Shown one piece after another: positions 1 to 9,071 of a stretch of DNA of 32,064 nt. How positions within the stretch are numbered: position 1 is the first letter of the stretch; each line of letters starts with the position of its first letter. Source of the DNA: Niabella sp. (lineage in GTDB: Bacteria; Bacteroidota; Bacteroidia; Chitinophagales; Chitinophagaceae); NCBI GenBank assembly GCA_039593785.1, contig JBCNOR010000001.1, positions 1 through 32,064 on the forward strand, read 5' to 3'. A program made the position numbers and the translations under genes. Below the pieces are notes generated by a model. The model saw only the letters and a program-made list of their open reading frames with translations. It was not told the DNA's origin and ran no database searches.

Positions 1-1260
1 GCCCGTAAACCCTTTTACGCGGTTAATCGTTCCGCTTTTCATTTTCATATCGTTGTAAAGAGGTATCCCTTCATAAAATTCGGGATACCAGGACTGGTCT
101 TTTGCATACTTTAAAACCGTTACTTCTGCATGCGGTGTAATCCTGTTTTGAGGAGACAATCCAGATCCGTCATACAAATGCATTTCTTCAGGGTCTATGC
201 CCCTGGTTTTCCAATACTCCTGTACCACTTCCACACCTTTTTCAGTAGTTGCTTCCCCTTTCGTTCTTAATCCGATTGTCCTGATCAATGCTTCGCCATA
301 AAGATTTACGCTTTTTCGTAAGAACCAATACACTATTTTAGCCATCGTTGGGGAAGTATGTGTATACAACCAATCTACATTATCATAACGCTTACCCGTT
401 AGCTGTATCTCTTCTTTAACTACAGCAATACCCTTCAACTCATTAATGATGGTTTTGGCAAACTGCCGGGAAGGGTCATACATAGAGCCCGCTATTACAA
501 AATCATTTTTACCGGCCGGTATCGTTCCTTTTAACACACTATAGGCGTTTCCTTTGGATGGATAATACAAACTGGACTCATCGCCGGTTTCTTTACCAGC
601 TGCTCTGGCTTCGGATATAATTTTGTAATTATAAAGAAAAGGCTTCGTTCTTAAAACAGTCACAGGATCCCCAATATTAGCGCCCGACTTTACGATCAGG
701 TCAAATTGATTCTCGCGCCAGTTCAATCCCTGTGATCCGGCTCCATAATATTGCCCGATATCTTCCCAGGTCCAGCGCGCCGGCAAACCATCATCGGCTA
801 TCCAATCTTTGCTACTGATAATAACGGACTCGAGCTGTTTGATCCCCTTTGCCTTTACTGCATTTTTAATTGCCGCCAGTACAACCTCCTCCTTCGTGCT
901 ATCCCAACGCCAGCTACCTAATGTGGGATCTCCGGAGGCCTGTATATAGAGGCTTTTACCCTGGACAGTATTTACGATACCAAACTTCGTTTCATAAGTA
1001 AAATCTTTTCCCAAAATATCAAGAGCAGTAGCCGCAGTAATGATCTTCTCTGTAGAAGCCGGTGCCAGGCCGGTATAGGCATTTTGCTCAAAAACCGTTT
1101 CGCCTGATTGTCCGTCGATCACATAGATACCAGACAGCGCAAATTTCAGCTGGGAATCGGCATTAAATTCATCCATCGCCCTTTTTAGCACCTGGTTGCT
1201 TTGTGCGTTAACACATAAAATCCCTATACAAAAAGCAACCAGGCAGATCGTCTTTTTCAT
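1..1260 (-). CDS. dacB: D-alanyl-D-alanine carboxypeptidase/endopeptidase (PBP4, peptidase S13), 3' end outside the window
   Basis: Not in the ORF track; translated by hand from the ATG at 1260 (MKKTICLVAFCIGILCVNAQ, signal peptide). Shows SxxK (PASTEK), GDPTLGS, SxN (RKSVNLYGEA) and KSG (MKMKSGTI). The segments read at both ends share one frame and the ORF runs off position 1. Confidence 0.92.
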   Translation of the reverse strand, partial: MKKTICLVAFCIGILCVNAQSNQVLKRAMDEFNADSQLKFALSGIYVIDGQSGETVFEQNAYTGLAPASTEKIITAATALDILGKDFTYETKFGIVNTVQGKSLYIQASGDPTLGSWRWDSTKEEVVLAAIKNAVKAKGIKQLESVIISSKDWIADDGLPARWTWEDIGQYYGAGSQGLNWRENQFDLIVKSGANIGDPVTVLRTKPFLYNYKIISEARAAGKETGDESSLYYPSKGNAYSVLKGTIPAGKNDFVIAGSMYDPSRQFAKTIINELKGIAVVKEEIQLTGKRYDNVDWLYTHTSPTMAKIVYWFLRKSVNLYGEALIRTIGLRTKGEATTEKGVEVVQEYWKTRGIDPEEMHLYDGSGLSPQNRITPHAEVTVLKYAKDQSWYPEFYEGIPLYNDMKMKSGTINRVKGFTG

Positions 1261-1406
1261 TGGGTTAAAGTAATCATTTTACGGCAAAAAGCGACGAAAC
1301 CAAGATATATTTTAATGATGGCCGCCGACAAAAATTAACGAATGATTAGGCGACAGTAAATACCAACATGATCAGAACTTAATTTATTTTACAATAACAA
1401 AAGCTC

Positions 1407-1907
1407 ATGAGAAACCTGCTGGGTTATATTGTTTTTTTCCTTATTGCAGGCTGCCAAACAACCAGGCAGGTAATGCCCTATGAAAAAAATATCGGCGATA
1501 TCTCTTTCGATCCCCGAACCGACAAAAAGAGCTTTCACTTATGCTATCCCAATACCGTACAACAATATTTCGCTTTTACTTCTGATAAGGGATTTATAGA
1601 TTATAAGCCCCGTGTCGATTCTTTATTCTTTACAACATACCGGTCTGTCCCGGTAAATGAATCGGGATTAATCAGGATTAGATTTATTGTGAACTGTAAG
1701 GGGGAAACAGATCGATTCAGGATGCTCTCGATGAACATACAATATGAACCCGTCCGCTTTGATAAACGCATCACTGACCAACTTTTATCTATAACAAAAA
1801 ACACCAGGTGCTGGCAAATACAAATGGTGAATGAAAAACCAATCGATTACTACCAGTACCTGATCTTTAAAATCAATAAAGGCCAACTCATTGAAATACT
1901 ACCATGA
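1407..1907 (+). CDS. Hypothetical lipoprotein with a possible TonB C-terminal-like domain
   Basis: Lipobox LIAG-C at residue 16. GLIRIRFIVNCKGE resembles the TonB_C strand motif. Confidence 0.7.
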   Translation: MRNLLGYIVFFLIAGCQTTRQVMPYEKNIGDISFDPRTDKKSFHLCYPNTVQQYFAFTSDKGFIDYKPRVDSLFFTTYRSVPVNESGLIRIRFIVNCKGETDRFRMLSMNIQYEPVRFDKRITDQLLSITKNTRCWQIQMVNEKPIDYYQYLIFKINKGQLIEILP

Positions 1908-2686
1908 TCAGAATACTTATTATACTCCTTTCATTTGCAGGAAAAGCTTCGGCACAACCGGTTTGTAATGCTTTTCTGTATATGAATGATACTTTGCAAT
2001 ACAAGGCTTGTAAGCTGGTGGAAAATATTAATGAAAGGTACTATCAGTTCTCCAAAGAATTTCAAATGCTTTACGATTCGGCTTTGGCGATATGCCCCTA
2101 CTTTTCGTGGGGCTACAGGGAAAAAGGCGTCGCCTACCTGAAAAGTGGAGATTTCATTACATGGAAAAAATTGATAGACAAAGCTGTTCAGTATGACACG
2201 CTGTTAAACCTTGGTTACCGGGCCTGGTGCAGGTATGAGTTTTTCAGAGATTACGAAGGAGCTATAACAGATATTGAGCTGCTGGAAACAAAAACACCTG
2301 AAATTGGTTGGGGGATAACCGGAGACTATCACCTCGCAGTAACAAAGGCGATCTGCTACAGTGAACTGGGCCAACAGGCAAAAGCCATCGCTGTTTTAAA
2401 CAACCATCTTCAACATGCCACGCCCACCGGCTTGTATGATTATTACCAGCTGGGCGCTATTTATTTCAAAAACGGGGAATACGTACGAGCAGTCAACGCT
2501 TTTAAAAAGCAAATTGAGTATAACAACCTGGCAGAAGCTCACTATTACCTGGGTCTTCTCTATAAAAAACTCGATAAAGATTCGCTCGCCAACCAGGAGC
2601 TATCAGAAGCTCAGCAGCTGAGCGCCAAAGGTAAAAAATTACCAATGCTTTATACGCATCACGCTAATGCGGTATCTTTTAAGTAA
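1904..2686 (+). CDS. Secreted tetratricopeptide-repeat protein
   Basis: Signal peptide ending ASA-Q, TPR-like segments (YYQLGAIYFKNGEYVRAVNAF, AEAHYYLGLLYKKL), ATGA overlap with the upstream gene. Confidence 0.8.
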   Translation: MIRILIILLSFAGKASAQPVCNAFLYMNDTLQYKACKLVENINERYYQFSKEFQMLYDSALAICPYFSWGYREKGVAYLKSGDFITWKKLIDKAVQYDTLLNLGYRAWCRYEFFRDYEGAITDIELLETKTPEIGWGITGDYHLAVTKAICYSELGQQAKAIAVLNNHLQHATPTGLYDYYQLGAIYFKNGEYVRAVNAFKKQIEYNNLAEAHYYLGLLYKKLDKDSLANQELSEAQQLSAKGKKLPMLYTHHANAVSFK

Positions 2687-2716
2687 CACCTCTTTGAAGC
2701 CAATTGCAAAATCATA

Positions 2717-3604
2717 TCATTTCAACACCCTTACCTTATATAGCTTTATACCCGGGATATGGATGGTTTGACCAGGATTGACGCTATAAACGTTAAAAGT
2801 CCACCAACTTTGTTCAGCTTGTGTGTATACCAGCCTTTGACTGACCTTATTGTAATTAGCAGATTTGATATCGTGCTTGCCTGCAAGAGGTTCAAAAACA
2901 GTAAATTGTTGCTTCTTAATATCAAAATTAAAAACATTGTGGTGTGTACTAACGATCATTGTATTATCGTCTACAGCAGAAAGATCATGCCCTCCCTCAT
3001 CGGGTAGTTTCCAGCTCTTCTCTAATACCAATAGCGGTTTAGAACTATTCCAGTCAGCCAGCCGATACGATCGCAGCTCACTAAAACCCAGGGCAAAAAG
3101 CCTTTGCAGCTTTTCATTCCATATTACACCGTGGCCGGAGTAAAGGGAATCTCTGAATAACCTTTGCGCGCTTTTCCTACTATCATATAGCTCTATACTA
3201 TTACCCATTGTATGAGTTGATAAAGCCACCGCTACCTTCCCGCCCGGAAGCATTTCAGCGGAGTGCGCCATTGGTGACTGGGCGTAAAACAGCACTTTTT
3301 TCGAGGCAACATCTAATAATGCCACCCCGCCACCTGAAGAAGTAATCAACAATTGCCGGCCTCCCTTTACGGGTTTGCACTCATCCAGCGGCACCATTAT
3401 TTTACGATACTCCTCAGGAAGATCCATTGCATCTCCTACTTTCCAGGTCCAGGTAATATGTGCTTTATCCGGTGTTGACCTCCGGCTATCGATCATCACT
3501 ACTTTATCGCCGCCACAGGCAACCAGGTCTGACTGCGCCCTGGCAGTAACGTGTATCAGCAAAGCGATAAACCAGGCAAAAACAATTCTAAAATTCATCT
3601 TCAT
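2717..3604 (-). CDS. Secreted beta-propeller-like protein (DUF6528-like)
   Basis: Signal peptide ending ARA-Q and repeated His-containing blade motifs (AHSAEMLP, GHGVIW, GHDLS). The family name is from recall. Confidence 0.65.
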   Translation of the reverse strand: MKMNFRIVFAWFIALLIHVTARAQSDLVACGGDKVVMIDSRRSTPDKAHITWTWKVGDAMDLPEEYRKIMVPLDECKPVKGGRQLLITSSGGGVALLDVASKKVLFYAQSPMAHSAEMLPGGKVAVALSTHTMGNSIELYDSRKSAQRLFRDSLYSGHGVIWNEKLQRLFALGFSELRSYRLADWNSSKPLLVLEKSWKLPDEGGHDLSAVDDNTMIVSTHHNVFNFDIKKQQFTVFEPLAGKHDIKSANYNKVSQRLVYTQAEQSWWTFNVYSVNPGQTIHIPGIKLYKVRVLK

Positions 3605-3642
3605 ACAGAGGCTTATAAATTACTTTTCTTGTAAGCTTATTT

Positions 3643-3650
3643 CAAAGATA
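3643..3650 (-). promoter_or_regulatory. Bacteroidota -7 promoter element TATCTTTG for the gene starting at 3604
   Basis: Matches TAnnTTTG, 38 nt upstream of the ATG. Confidence 0.6.
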
Positions 3651-3672
3651 TTTGTTTTTAAATACAAGTTGA

Positions 3673-4959
3673 ATGAGTGAGATCAATGCATCTATCATCA
3701 CCATTGGGGATGAGTTACTGATAGGCCAGACTATAGATACCAATAGCGCTTTTATTGGACAGGAATTAAACAAGGCCGGTATATGGGTAAAACGGCGTGT
3801 AGCCGTGGGCGACGTATATAGTGATATATGGAATGCATTGGACGAAGAGAAAAAATACTCCCGGCTGATCATTTTAACCGGGGGGCTGGGTCCAACGGCA
3901 GATGATATTACCAAGCCTCTGCTCTGTGATTATTTTAACACAAAACTGGTTCGTAACGAAGCTGTACTCGCACATATACACCACCTGTTTGTGAATGTGT
4001 ATAAAAGAAAGGTAGCTTTATCAGAAGCCAATATCCGGCAGGCCGACCTCCCGGAAAATTGTACAGTACTCCATAACGAGCATGGCTCTGCTGCCGGTAT
4101 GTGGTTCGAAACAGAGAATAAAGATGGAGAAAAAGTGATTGTCATTTCTATGCCGGGGGTGCCCTATGAAATGAAAAAAATACTGGTCAATGAAGCGCTG
4201 CCACGGATCACGGCCTACTTCGGTGGCGATATCGTTATTCATAAAGTTTTATCGACTTTCGGAATGGGCGAATCGATGGTGGCAGAAAAACTAGCTACAC
4301 TTGAAAGCCAGCTCCCGCCTTATATCAAGCTTGCTTATCTCCCCGGCTATGGTATGGTAAAGCTTAGGTTAACCGGAAGAGGTAATGACCGGATGAAGCT
4401 GGAAGAAGAAATGAACCGGTTTTACCAGCAGCTGAAAGATCCTTTAAAACATATAATCATTGCTGAGAATGATGATACACTGGAGATGATCATTGGCCAG
4501 CTGCTGCAAAAGCAACAAAAAAAAATGGCTACAGCAGAAAGTTGTACAGGCGGCTACATTGCACACCTCATCACCAGCCTACCGGGGTCTTCCTCCTATT
4601 TTAACGGATCGGCAGTTACCTATAATAACGAAGCAAAAGAAAATATACTGGGCGTCAGCCACGAAACCCTGGAGACGGTTGGAGCGGTAAGCGAGGAAAC
4701 GGCTATTCAAATGGTAATAGGTGCTCTTGACCGGTTTCATGCCGATTATGCGCTGGCCACAACCGGTATTATGGGACCGGCCTCCGGCAACGATGAAAAG
4801 CCCGTAGGAACGGTGTGGATAGCAGCAGGAAACCGGCAACATGTAGTAACCAAACAACTAAACCTGGGTTACGACCGGCAACGCAACATACAGAGTACCG
4901 CCCTTCAGGCATTGAACCTGTTGAGAAAATTTGTTACTGACCAGGGAAGCAAAGAATAA
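3673..4959 (+). CDS. cinA: CinA family protein (MoeA-like domain plus PncC NMN deamidase)
   Basis: IITIGDELLIGQTIDTN, TGGLGPTADDIT, ATAESCTGG, GAVSEE, KPVGTVWI motifs. Confidence 0.95.
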   Translation: MSEINASIITIGDELLIGQTIDTNSAFIGQELNKAGIWVKRRVAVGDVYSDIWNALDEEKKYSRLIILTGGLGPTADDITKPLLCDYFNTKLVRNEAVLAHIHHLFVNVYKRKVALSEANIRQADLPENCTVLHNEHGSAAGMWFETENKDGEKVIVISMPGVPYEMKKILVNEALPRITAYFGGDIVIHKVLSTFGMGESMVAEKLATLESQLPPYIKLAYLPGYGMVKLRLTGRGNDRMKLEEEMNRFYQQLKDPLKHIIIAENDDTLEMIIGQLLQKQQKKMATAESCTGGYIAHLITSLPGSSSYFNGSAVTYNNEAKENILGVSHETLETVGAVSEETAIQMVIGALDRFHADYALATTGIMGPASGNDEKPVGTVWIAAGNRQHVVTKQLNLGYDRQRNIQSTALQALNLLRKFVTDQGSKE

Positions 4960-5095
4960 TATTTAGAAATCAGGCTGTTAGATGGAGCACAGCAAAGCAA
5001 GGGCCTTCAATTAAAAAACAGCCCTAAAATACAAAGGTATACAGCACCCCGGGATCAAGGTTAGAAACTCAACCTGACATTTAATGCCGTTTCCC

Positions 5096-5103
5096 TACTT
5101 TTG
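5096..5103 (+). promoter_or_regulatory. -7 promoter element TACTTTTG for the E2 gene
   Basis: Matches TAnnTTTG upstream of the ATG at 5182. Confidence 0.6.
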
Positions 5104-5181
5104 TGAGGCAACATGGAGCAGAAAATGTGGTGTACAGGTACAGGCTGCAAGGTTGTAAGAATTATTTAAACTGATATCACG

Positions 5182-6501
5182 ATGGCAATAGTTGATCTGG
5201 TAATGCCTAAGCTAGGCGAAAGCATAATGGAAGCGACCATTTTAAAATGGGTTAAAAACGTGGGCGATGCCGTAAAAATGGATGAAACCATTTTAGAGAT
5301 CGCTACAGATAAAGTGGATAGCGAAGTGCCCAGTACCGCTGAAGGTGTGATAACAGAGCTATTATTCAAAGAAAACGATGTGGTGCCTATTGATGCTGTT
5401 ATCGCCAGGATACAAACAACAGGCACTGAACAGGCGGCTGCACCTGTTACCGTAAAAACAGTTCCGTCAACGGAAGAAAATACTACTACTGAAGAAATAA
5501 AAGAAACGCCCGCTGAAGTTGTAGCGACACAAATAAAAAAAGATGTAAAAACCCATACGGCAAGGTTTTACTCACCACTGGTACTTAATATAGCTGCACA
5601 GGAGGGCATACCACTTAACGAGCTGGAACAGATAAAAGGGACCGGTAACGAAGGGCGTGTAACTAAAAATGACCTGCTGAATTATATAGCCAGTCGTAGT
5701 AAAAAAGACGTTTCACTACCTGTGAAAGCAGTAAGCAATGAAGCAACAACAGGTACGTCTTCATCTTATAGCAGCCCTGCCACCCAATCAAGCGGTAATG
5801 TAGAAATAATTGAAATGGACCGTATGCGCAAGCTTATAGCCGAGCATATGGTACGCAGCGTACAAACCAGTCCCCATGTTACCAGCTTCAGCGAAGCAGA
5901 TGTTACCAATATTGTACTCTGGCGCGATTCTGTAAAAAACAGTTTCCAGCAAAGAGAAGGCACTAAGATCACTTTCATGCCGTTGTTCATTGAAGCAATT
6001 GTAAGGTGTATCAAAAAATTCCCGCTTATCAACAGCTCGGTAGATGGAGATAAAATCATCATCAAAAAAGACATCAATATAGGCATGGCAGCAGCATTGC
6101 CTAATGGTAACCTGATTGTACCTGTTATTAAAAATGCAGACCAGCTCAACCTGGTAGGATTAACCAAACAGGTTAATCACCTGGCGGATGCGGCCCGAAA
6201 CAGCAAACTTAAACCAGATGATACACAAGGCGCCACCTTTACGCTAACCAATGTGGGTACGTTTGGTAGTTTGATGGGTACTCCAATTATCAACCAGCCA
6301 CAGGTGGCAATTATGGCTGTCGGCGCCATCAAAAAGCGCCCGGTAGTAATAGAAACTCCTCACGGCGACAGTATCGCTATTCGTCACATGATGTACATCA
6401 GCATGAGTTACGATCATAGAATAATAGATGGCAGCCTCGGCGCTACTTTTGTAACTGCCGTAGCTAAAGAGCTGGAGAACTTTAAACCGCCGGCATTATA
6501 A
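5182..6501 (+). CDS. 2-oxoacid dehydrogenase E2 dihydrolipoamide acyltransferase (single lipoyl domain)
   Basis: Lipoyl site TDKVDSEV, E3-binding motif GTGNEGRVTKNDL, catalytic DHRIIDG. Confidence 0.95.
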   Translation: MAIVDLVMPKLGESIMEATILKWVKNVGDAVKMDETILEIATDKVDSEVPSTAEGVITELLFKENDVVPIDAVIARIQTTGTEQAAAPVTVKTVPSTEENTTTEEIKETPAEVVATQIKKDVKTHTARFYSPLVLNIAAQEGIPLNELEQIKGTGNEGRVTKNDLLNYIASRSKKDVSLPVKAVSNEATTGTSSSYSSPATQSSGNVEIIEMDRMRKLIAEHMVRSVQTSPHVTSFSEADVTNIVLWRDSVKNSFQQREGTKITFMPLFIEAIVRCIKKFPLINSSVDGDKIIIKKDINIGMAAALPNGNLIVPVIKNADQLNLVGLTKQVNHLADAARNSKLKPDDTQGATFTLTNVGTFGSLMGTPIINQPQVAIMAVGAIKKRPVVIETPHGDSIAIRHMMYISMSYDHRIIDGSLGATFVTAVAKELENFKPPAL

Positions 6502-6616
6502 TTTCTACAATCACTCAAGATCCTGTTTTGTTGAACCGTTGGTTTTACGTGCCAGTTGTATAGCACGTAAAAAGCACGCCCTGTCTGTAACACAGCCAAG
6601 CCAGGCTTTTCTACTC

Positions 6617-6674
6617 AAATTTATATTTCGCCAAAACTCTATTTTTTTACTAATTTTGGCGGAATATATTTTTT
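6617..6674. repeat. Left palindromic site flanking the ATPase gene (CGCCAAAA-N17-TTTTGGCG)
   Basis: Core at 6629-6636 and 6654-6661. 48/58 identical to 8093-8150 in direct orientation. Contains TAATTTTG (-7 motif) at 6651-6658. Confidence 0.9.
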
Positions 6675-6678
6675 TATA

Positions 6679-8094
6679 ATGTATAAATTCATCGGCAGAA
6701 AATATGAGCTAAACCTGCTACAGGAATCTTTGCATAACAGCAGCTCAGAATTAATCGCTATTTATGGCAGAAGACGTGTGGGTAAAACCTTCCTGGTTAG
6801 AGCGTTCTTCAGGAAGCACCTGGTATTCGAAGTGAGCGGCTTATACAATGGCAATATGAACGACCAGGTCAGGAACTTTACTCATGAAATTCACAAAAAA
6901 GACCGGGCTCTTAAATCAGAAACGCCTTCAGACTGGCTGGCTTCTTTTTCTTTACTGGAAACCTACCTGAATAAACTTAAGAAGCCCGGCAAAAAAGTAA
7001 TTTTTATTGACGAGTTCCCCTGGATGGCAACTGCAAGATCGAAATTCCTGATGGCATTTGAAAACTTCTGGAATCACTATTGCACCAGGCGAAAAGACCT
7101 GATAGTGGTGATCTGTGGCTCTGCGGCATCTTACATGATACAAAAAATCATAAAGAATAAGGGAGGGCTACATAACAGAATAACACGGCAGATCAGGCTG
7201 CTACCTTTTACCCTGGGAGAAACACAGCAATTTTTAAAAAGCCGGGGCATTGACTATACGTTATACGATATCACCCAGATTTATATGGCTATGGGCGGCG
7301 TTCCGCACTACCTCGAAAAACTTCGTAAAGGAGCCAGCGTAGCACAGAATATAGACCAGCTTTGCTTTGAAAAGGATGGAACCTTAAGAAATGAATTTGA
7401 TCAATTGTATGCTTCCCTTTTTGATGATTCAGAGAAACATCTCACTATAATAAAAACCCTGGCCAGCTCCAATAAAGGTATAACAAGGCTCGAGCTTGCC
7501 AGGCAAAGCGGTATTGCCAGCGGCGGCGACCTTTCTTTAAAACTGGAAGAACTCATAGAATCTGGCTTCATAAGCGAATACCCTTACTATGGCAACAAGA
7601 AACAGCTCACCCTTTACAGGTTATCAGATGAGTATTCAAAATTCTATTTAAAGTTTATTCAAAACAACCGGAACAGCGGTGCCGGAACCTGGCAGAAATT
7701 ATATAAAAGTTCCTCGTATATTTCATGGGCGGGTTTTAGCTTTGAAACGCTTTGCCTGAAACATATCTCACAGATTAAAAGAACGCTGCGGATTGATGCC
7801 ATTTTTTCTACCAACAGCAGCTGGTTTAATGACGTGGCACAAATAGACCTTTTAATTAACAGGGACGACAACATTATGAATCAATGCGAGATAAAGTTTT
7901 ACAATGCTCCTTTTACCATTGATAAACAATATTACCTGAATCTTAAAAACAAAACCGCCGCCCTGCAACAGGCTACACAAACCCGGAAAAATATTTTCAT
8001 TACGATGATCACCACCTTCGGATTAAATGAAAATAAATACAGTCATGAATTGGTGCAAAACAGCATCAGCCTGGAAGATCTCTTTACCGATTAA
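6679..8094 (+). CDS. AAA/archaeal-type ATPase with winged HTH and C-terminal PD-(D/E)XK-like domain (ATPase_2/DUF234-like)
   Basis: FIGRKYEL N-terminus, Walker A GRRRVGKT, Walker B IFIDE, wHTH-like ITRLELARQSGIASGGDLSLKLEELIESGFI, nuclease-like FETLC...QIDLL...CEIKF. Confidence 0.85.
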   Translation: MYKFIGRKYELNLLQESLHNSSSELIAIYGRRRVGKTFLVRAFFRKHLVFEVSGLYNGNMNDQVRNFTHEIHKKDRALKSETPSDWLASFSLLETYLNKLKKPGKKVIFIDEFPWMATARSKFLMAFENFWNHYCTRRKDLIVVICGSAASYMIQKIIKNKGGLHNRITRQIRLLPFTLGETQQFLKSRGIDYTLYDITQIYMAMGGVPHYLEKLRKGASVAQNIDQLCFEKDGTLRNEFDQLYASLFDDSEKHLTIIKTLASSNKGITRLELARQSGIASGGDLSLKLEELIESGFISEYPYYGNKKQLTLYRLSDEYSKFYLKFIQNNRNSGAGTWQKLYKSSSYISWAGFSFETLCLKHISQIKRTLRIDAIFSTNSSWFNDVAQIDLLINRDDNIMNQCEIKFYNAPFTIDKQYYLNLKNKTAALQQATQTRKNIFITMITTFGLNENKYSHELVQNSISLEDLFTD

Positions 8095-8150
8095 ATTTAT
8101 AATCCGCCAAAACTATCTTTTTTAACGGGTTTTGGCGAAATATAATTTTT
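8093..8150. repeat. Right palindromic site flanking the ATPase gene (CGCCAAAA-N17-TTTTGGCG)
   Basis: Core at 8105-8112 and 8130-8137, starting within the stop codon. 8129-8145 is a perfect 17-bp inverted copy of 6621-6637. Confidence 0.9.
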
Positions 8151-8176
8151 AGAAATCAGGAAAGGAACTTATGCTG

Positions 8177-9064
8177 CTATACCGGCTCCGTCACTTTTTT
8201 ACTCTTCCTTCGCAATAGTAACATATGCAAGACCAGGGTTGACAGGATCAGGGCGGTACCAAGATAAAAGCCTTTATTCAAAACCTGGTTTTCTTTAAAC
8301 AGCAAAAAAGCCATAAGTATACCGTAAACCGGTTCTGCACTGTAGGATAGGTTTACTGTAAATGCAGATAATTTTTTTAATGCGTTCATTGAAAACTGAA
8401 ACGCAACAACTGAGCAAACCCAGGCCAATACCAGTAACCACAAAAAATCAGTTAGTGATGGAAGCAGGCTTTCTACCGGGAAGGCCTGAAGATAAAAAGG
8501 CATGACCAACGAGAGCGTGAGAAAGCCGCCTGTCATTTGCCAGGTAAGCACCGTTTGCATATTGATCCGCCCCAGTTTGAGCTTTAATAATATAGGAAAG
8601 AGTGCTCCTAAAAAAGCAGCAACCAAACCCAGGGCTATCCCTAATTTGTAAGTGGTATCAAAATGAAAGATCAGCCAGATACCTAATACATTCATCAGGC
8701 CGAAGAGCAGCTCTGTCCGGTTGATCCGTACCCTGTTGATCAAAGGCTCTAAAATAGAAGAAAAAAAACTGATCACCGAGAAACAAACCAGGGCTATAGA
8801 AACATTTCCATATTTTATAGACGCATAAAAAAACACCCAATGCAAAGCGCTTATAAAACCGGCACCTGTTAAATACCAGATATCTTTCAGTGGTATTTTC
8901 TGAATTCGCTTCGTGGCATAAAAAAGCACCCATAAAGTAACAGCAGTAATCAGCAGGCGATACCACACAATAAGTCCTTCGTTAAGCGTAATTAAACGAC
9001 CCAAAACACCTGTAAACCCTGCCAGCAATACAGCTATATGTAATTGAAAAAAAGATTTCCTCAT
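8177..9064 (-). CDS. DMT/EamA family transporter
   Basis: About 10 hydrophobic segments in two repeats; LHWVFFYASIK and EPVYGI motifs. Confidence 0.9.
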   Translation of the reverse strand: MRKSFFQLHIAVLLAGFTGVLGRLITLNEGLIVWYRLLITAVTLWVLFYATKRIQKIPLKDIWYLTGAGFISALHWVFFYASIKYGNVSIALVCFSVISFFSSILEPLINRVRINRTELLFGLMNVLGIWLIFHFDTTYKLGIALGLVAAFLGALFPILLKLKLGRINMQTVLTWQMTGGFLTLSLVMPFYLQAFPVESLLPSLTDFLWLLVLAWVCSVVAFQFSMNALKKLSAFTVNLSYSAEPVYGILMAFLLFKENQVLNKGFYLGTALILSTLVLHMLLLRRKSKKVTEPV

Positions 9065-9071
9065 GGGGCCG

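Noticed and set aside
2640-2716. TPR gene as a truncated pseudogene
   Set aside because: It ends close to the convergent gene's stop; a few missing residues cannot be shown without a homolog alignment.
4517-4525. A9 homopolymer in cinA as a phase-variation tract
   Set aside because: The frame is intact and A-runs are common in this AT-rich genome.
4956-4974. 18/19 match ATAATATTTAGAAATCAGG to 8142-8160 as a target-site duplication
   Set aside because: It is AT-rich, would enclose the housekeeping E2 gene, and a match like this is plausible by chance in 32 kb. Worth rechecking only if an empty allele is found.
6617-8150. Classical IS element or XerC/D dif module
   Set aside because: There is no DDE, HUH or recombinase motif in the ORF, no target duplication is evident, and the site geometry does not fit the 11-6-11 dif layout.
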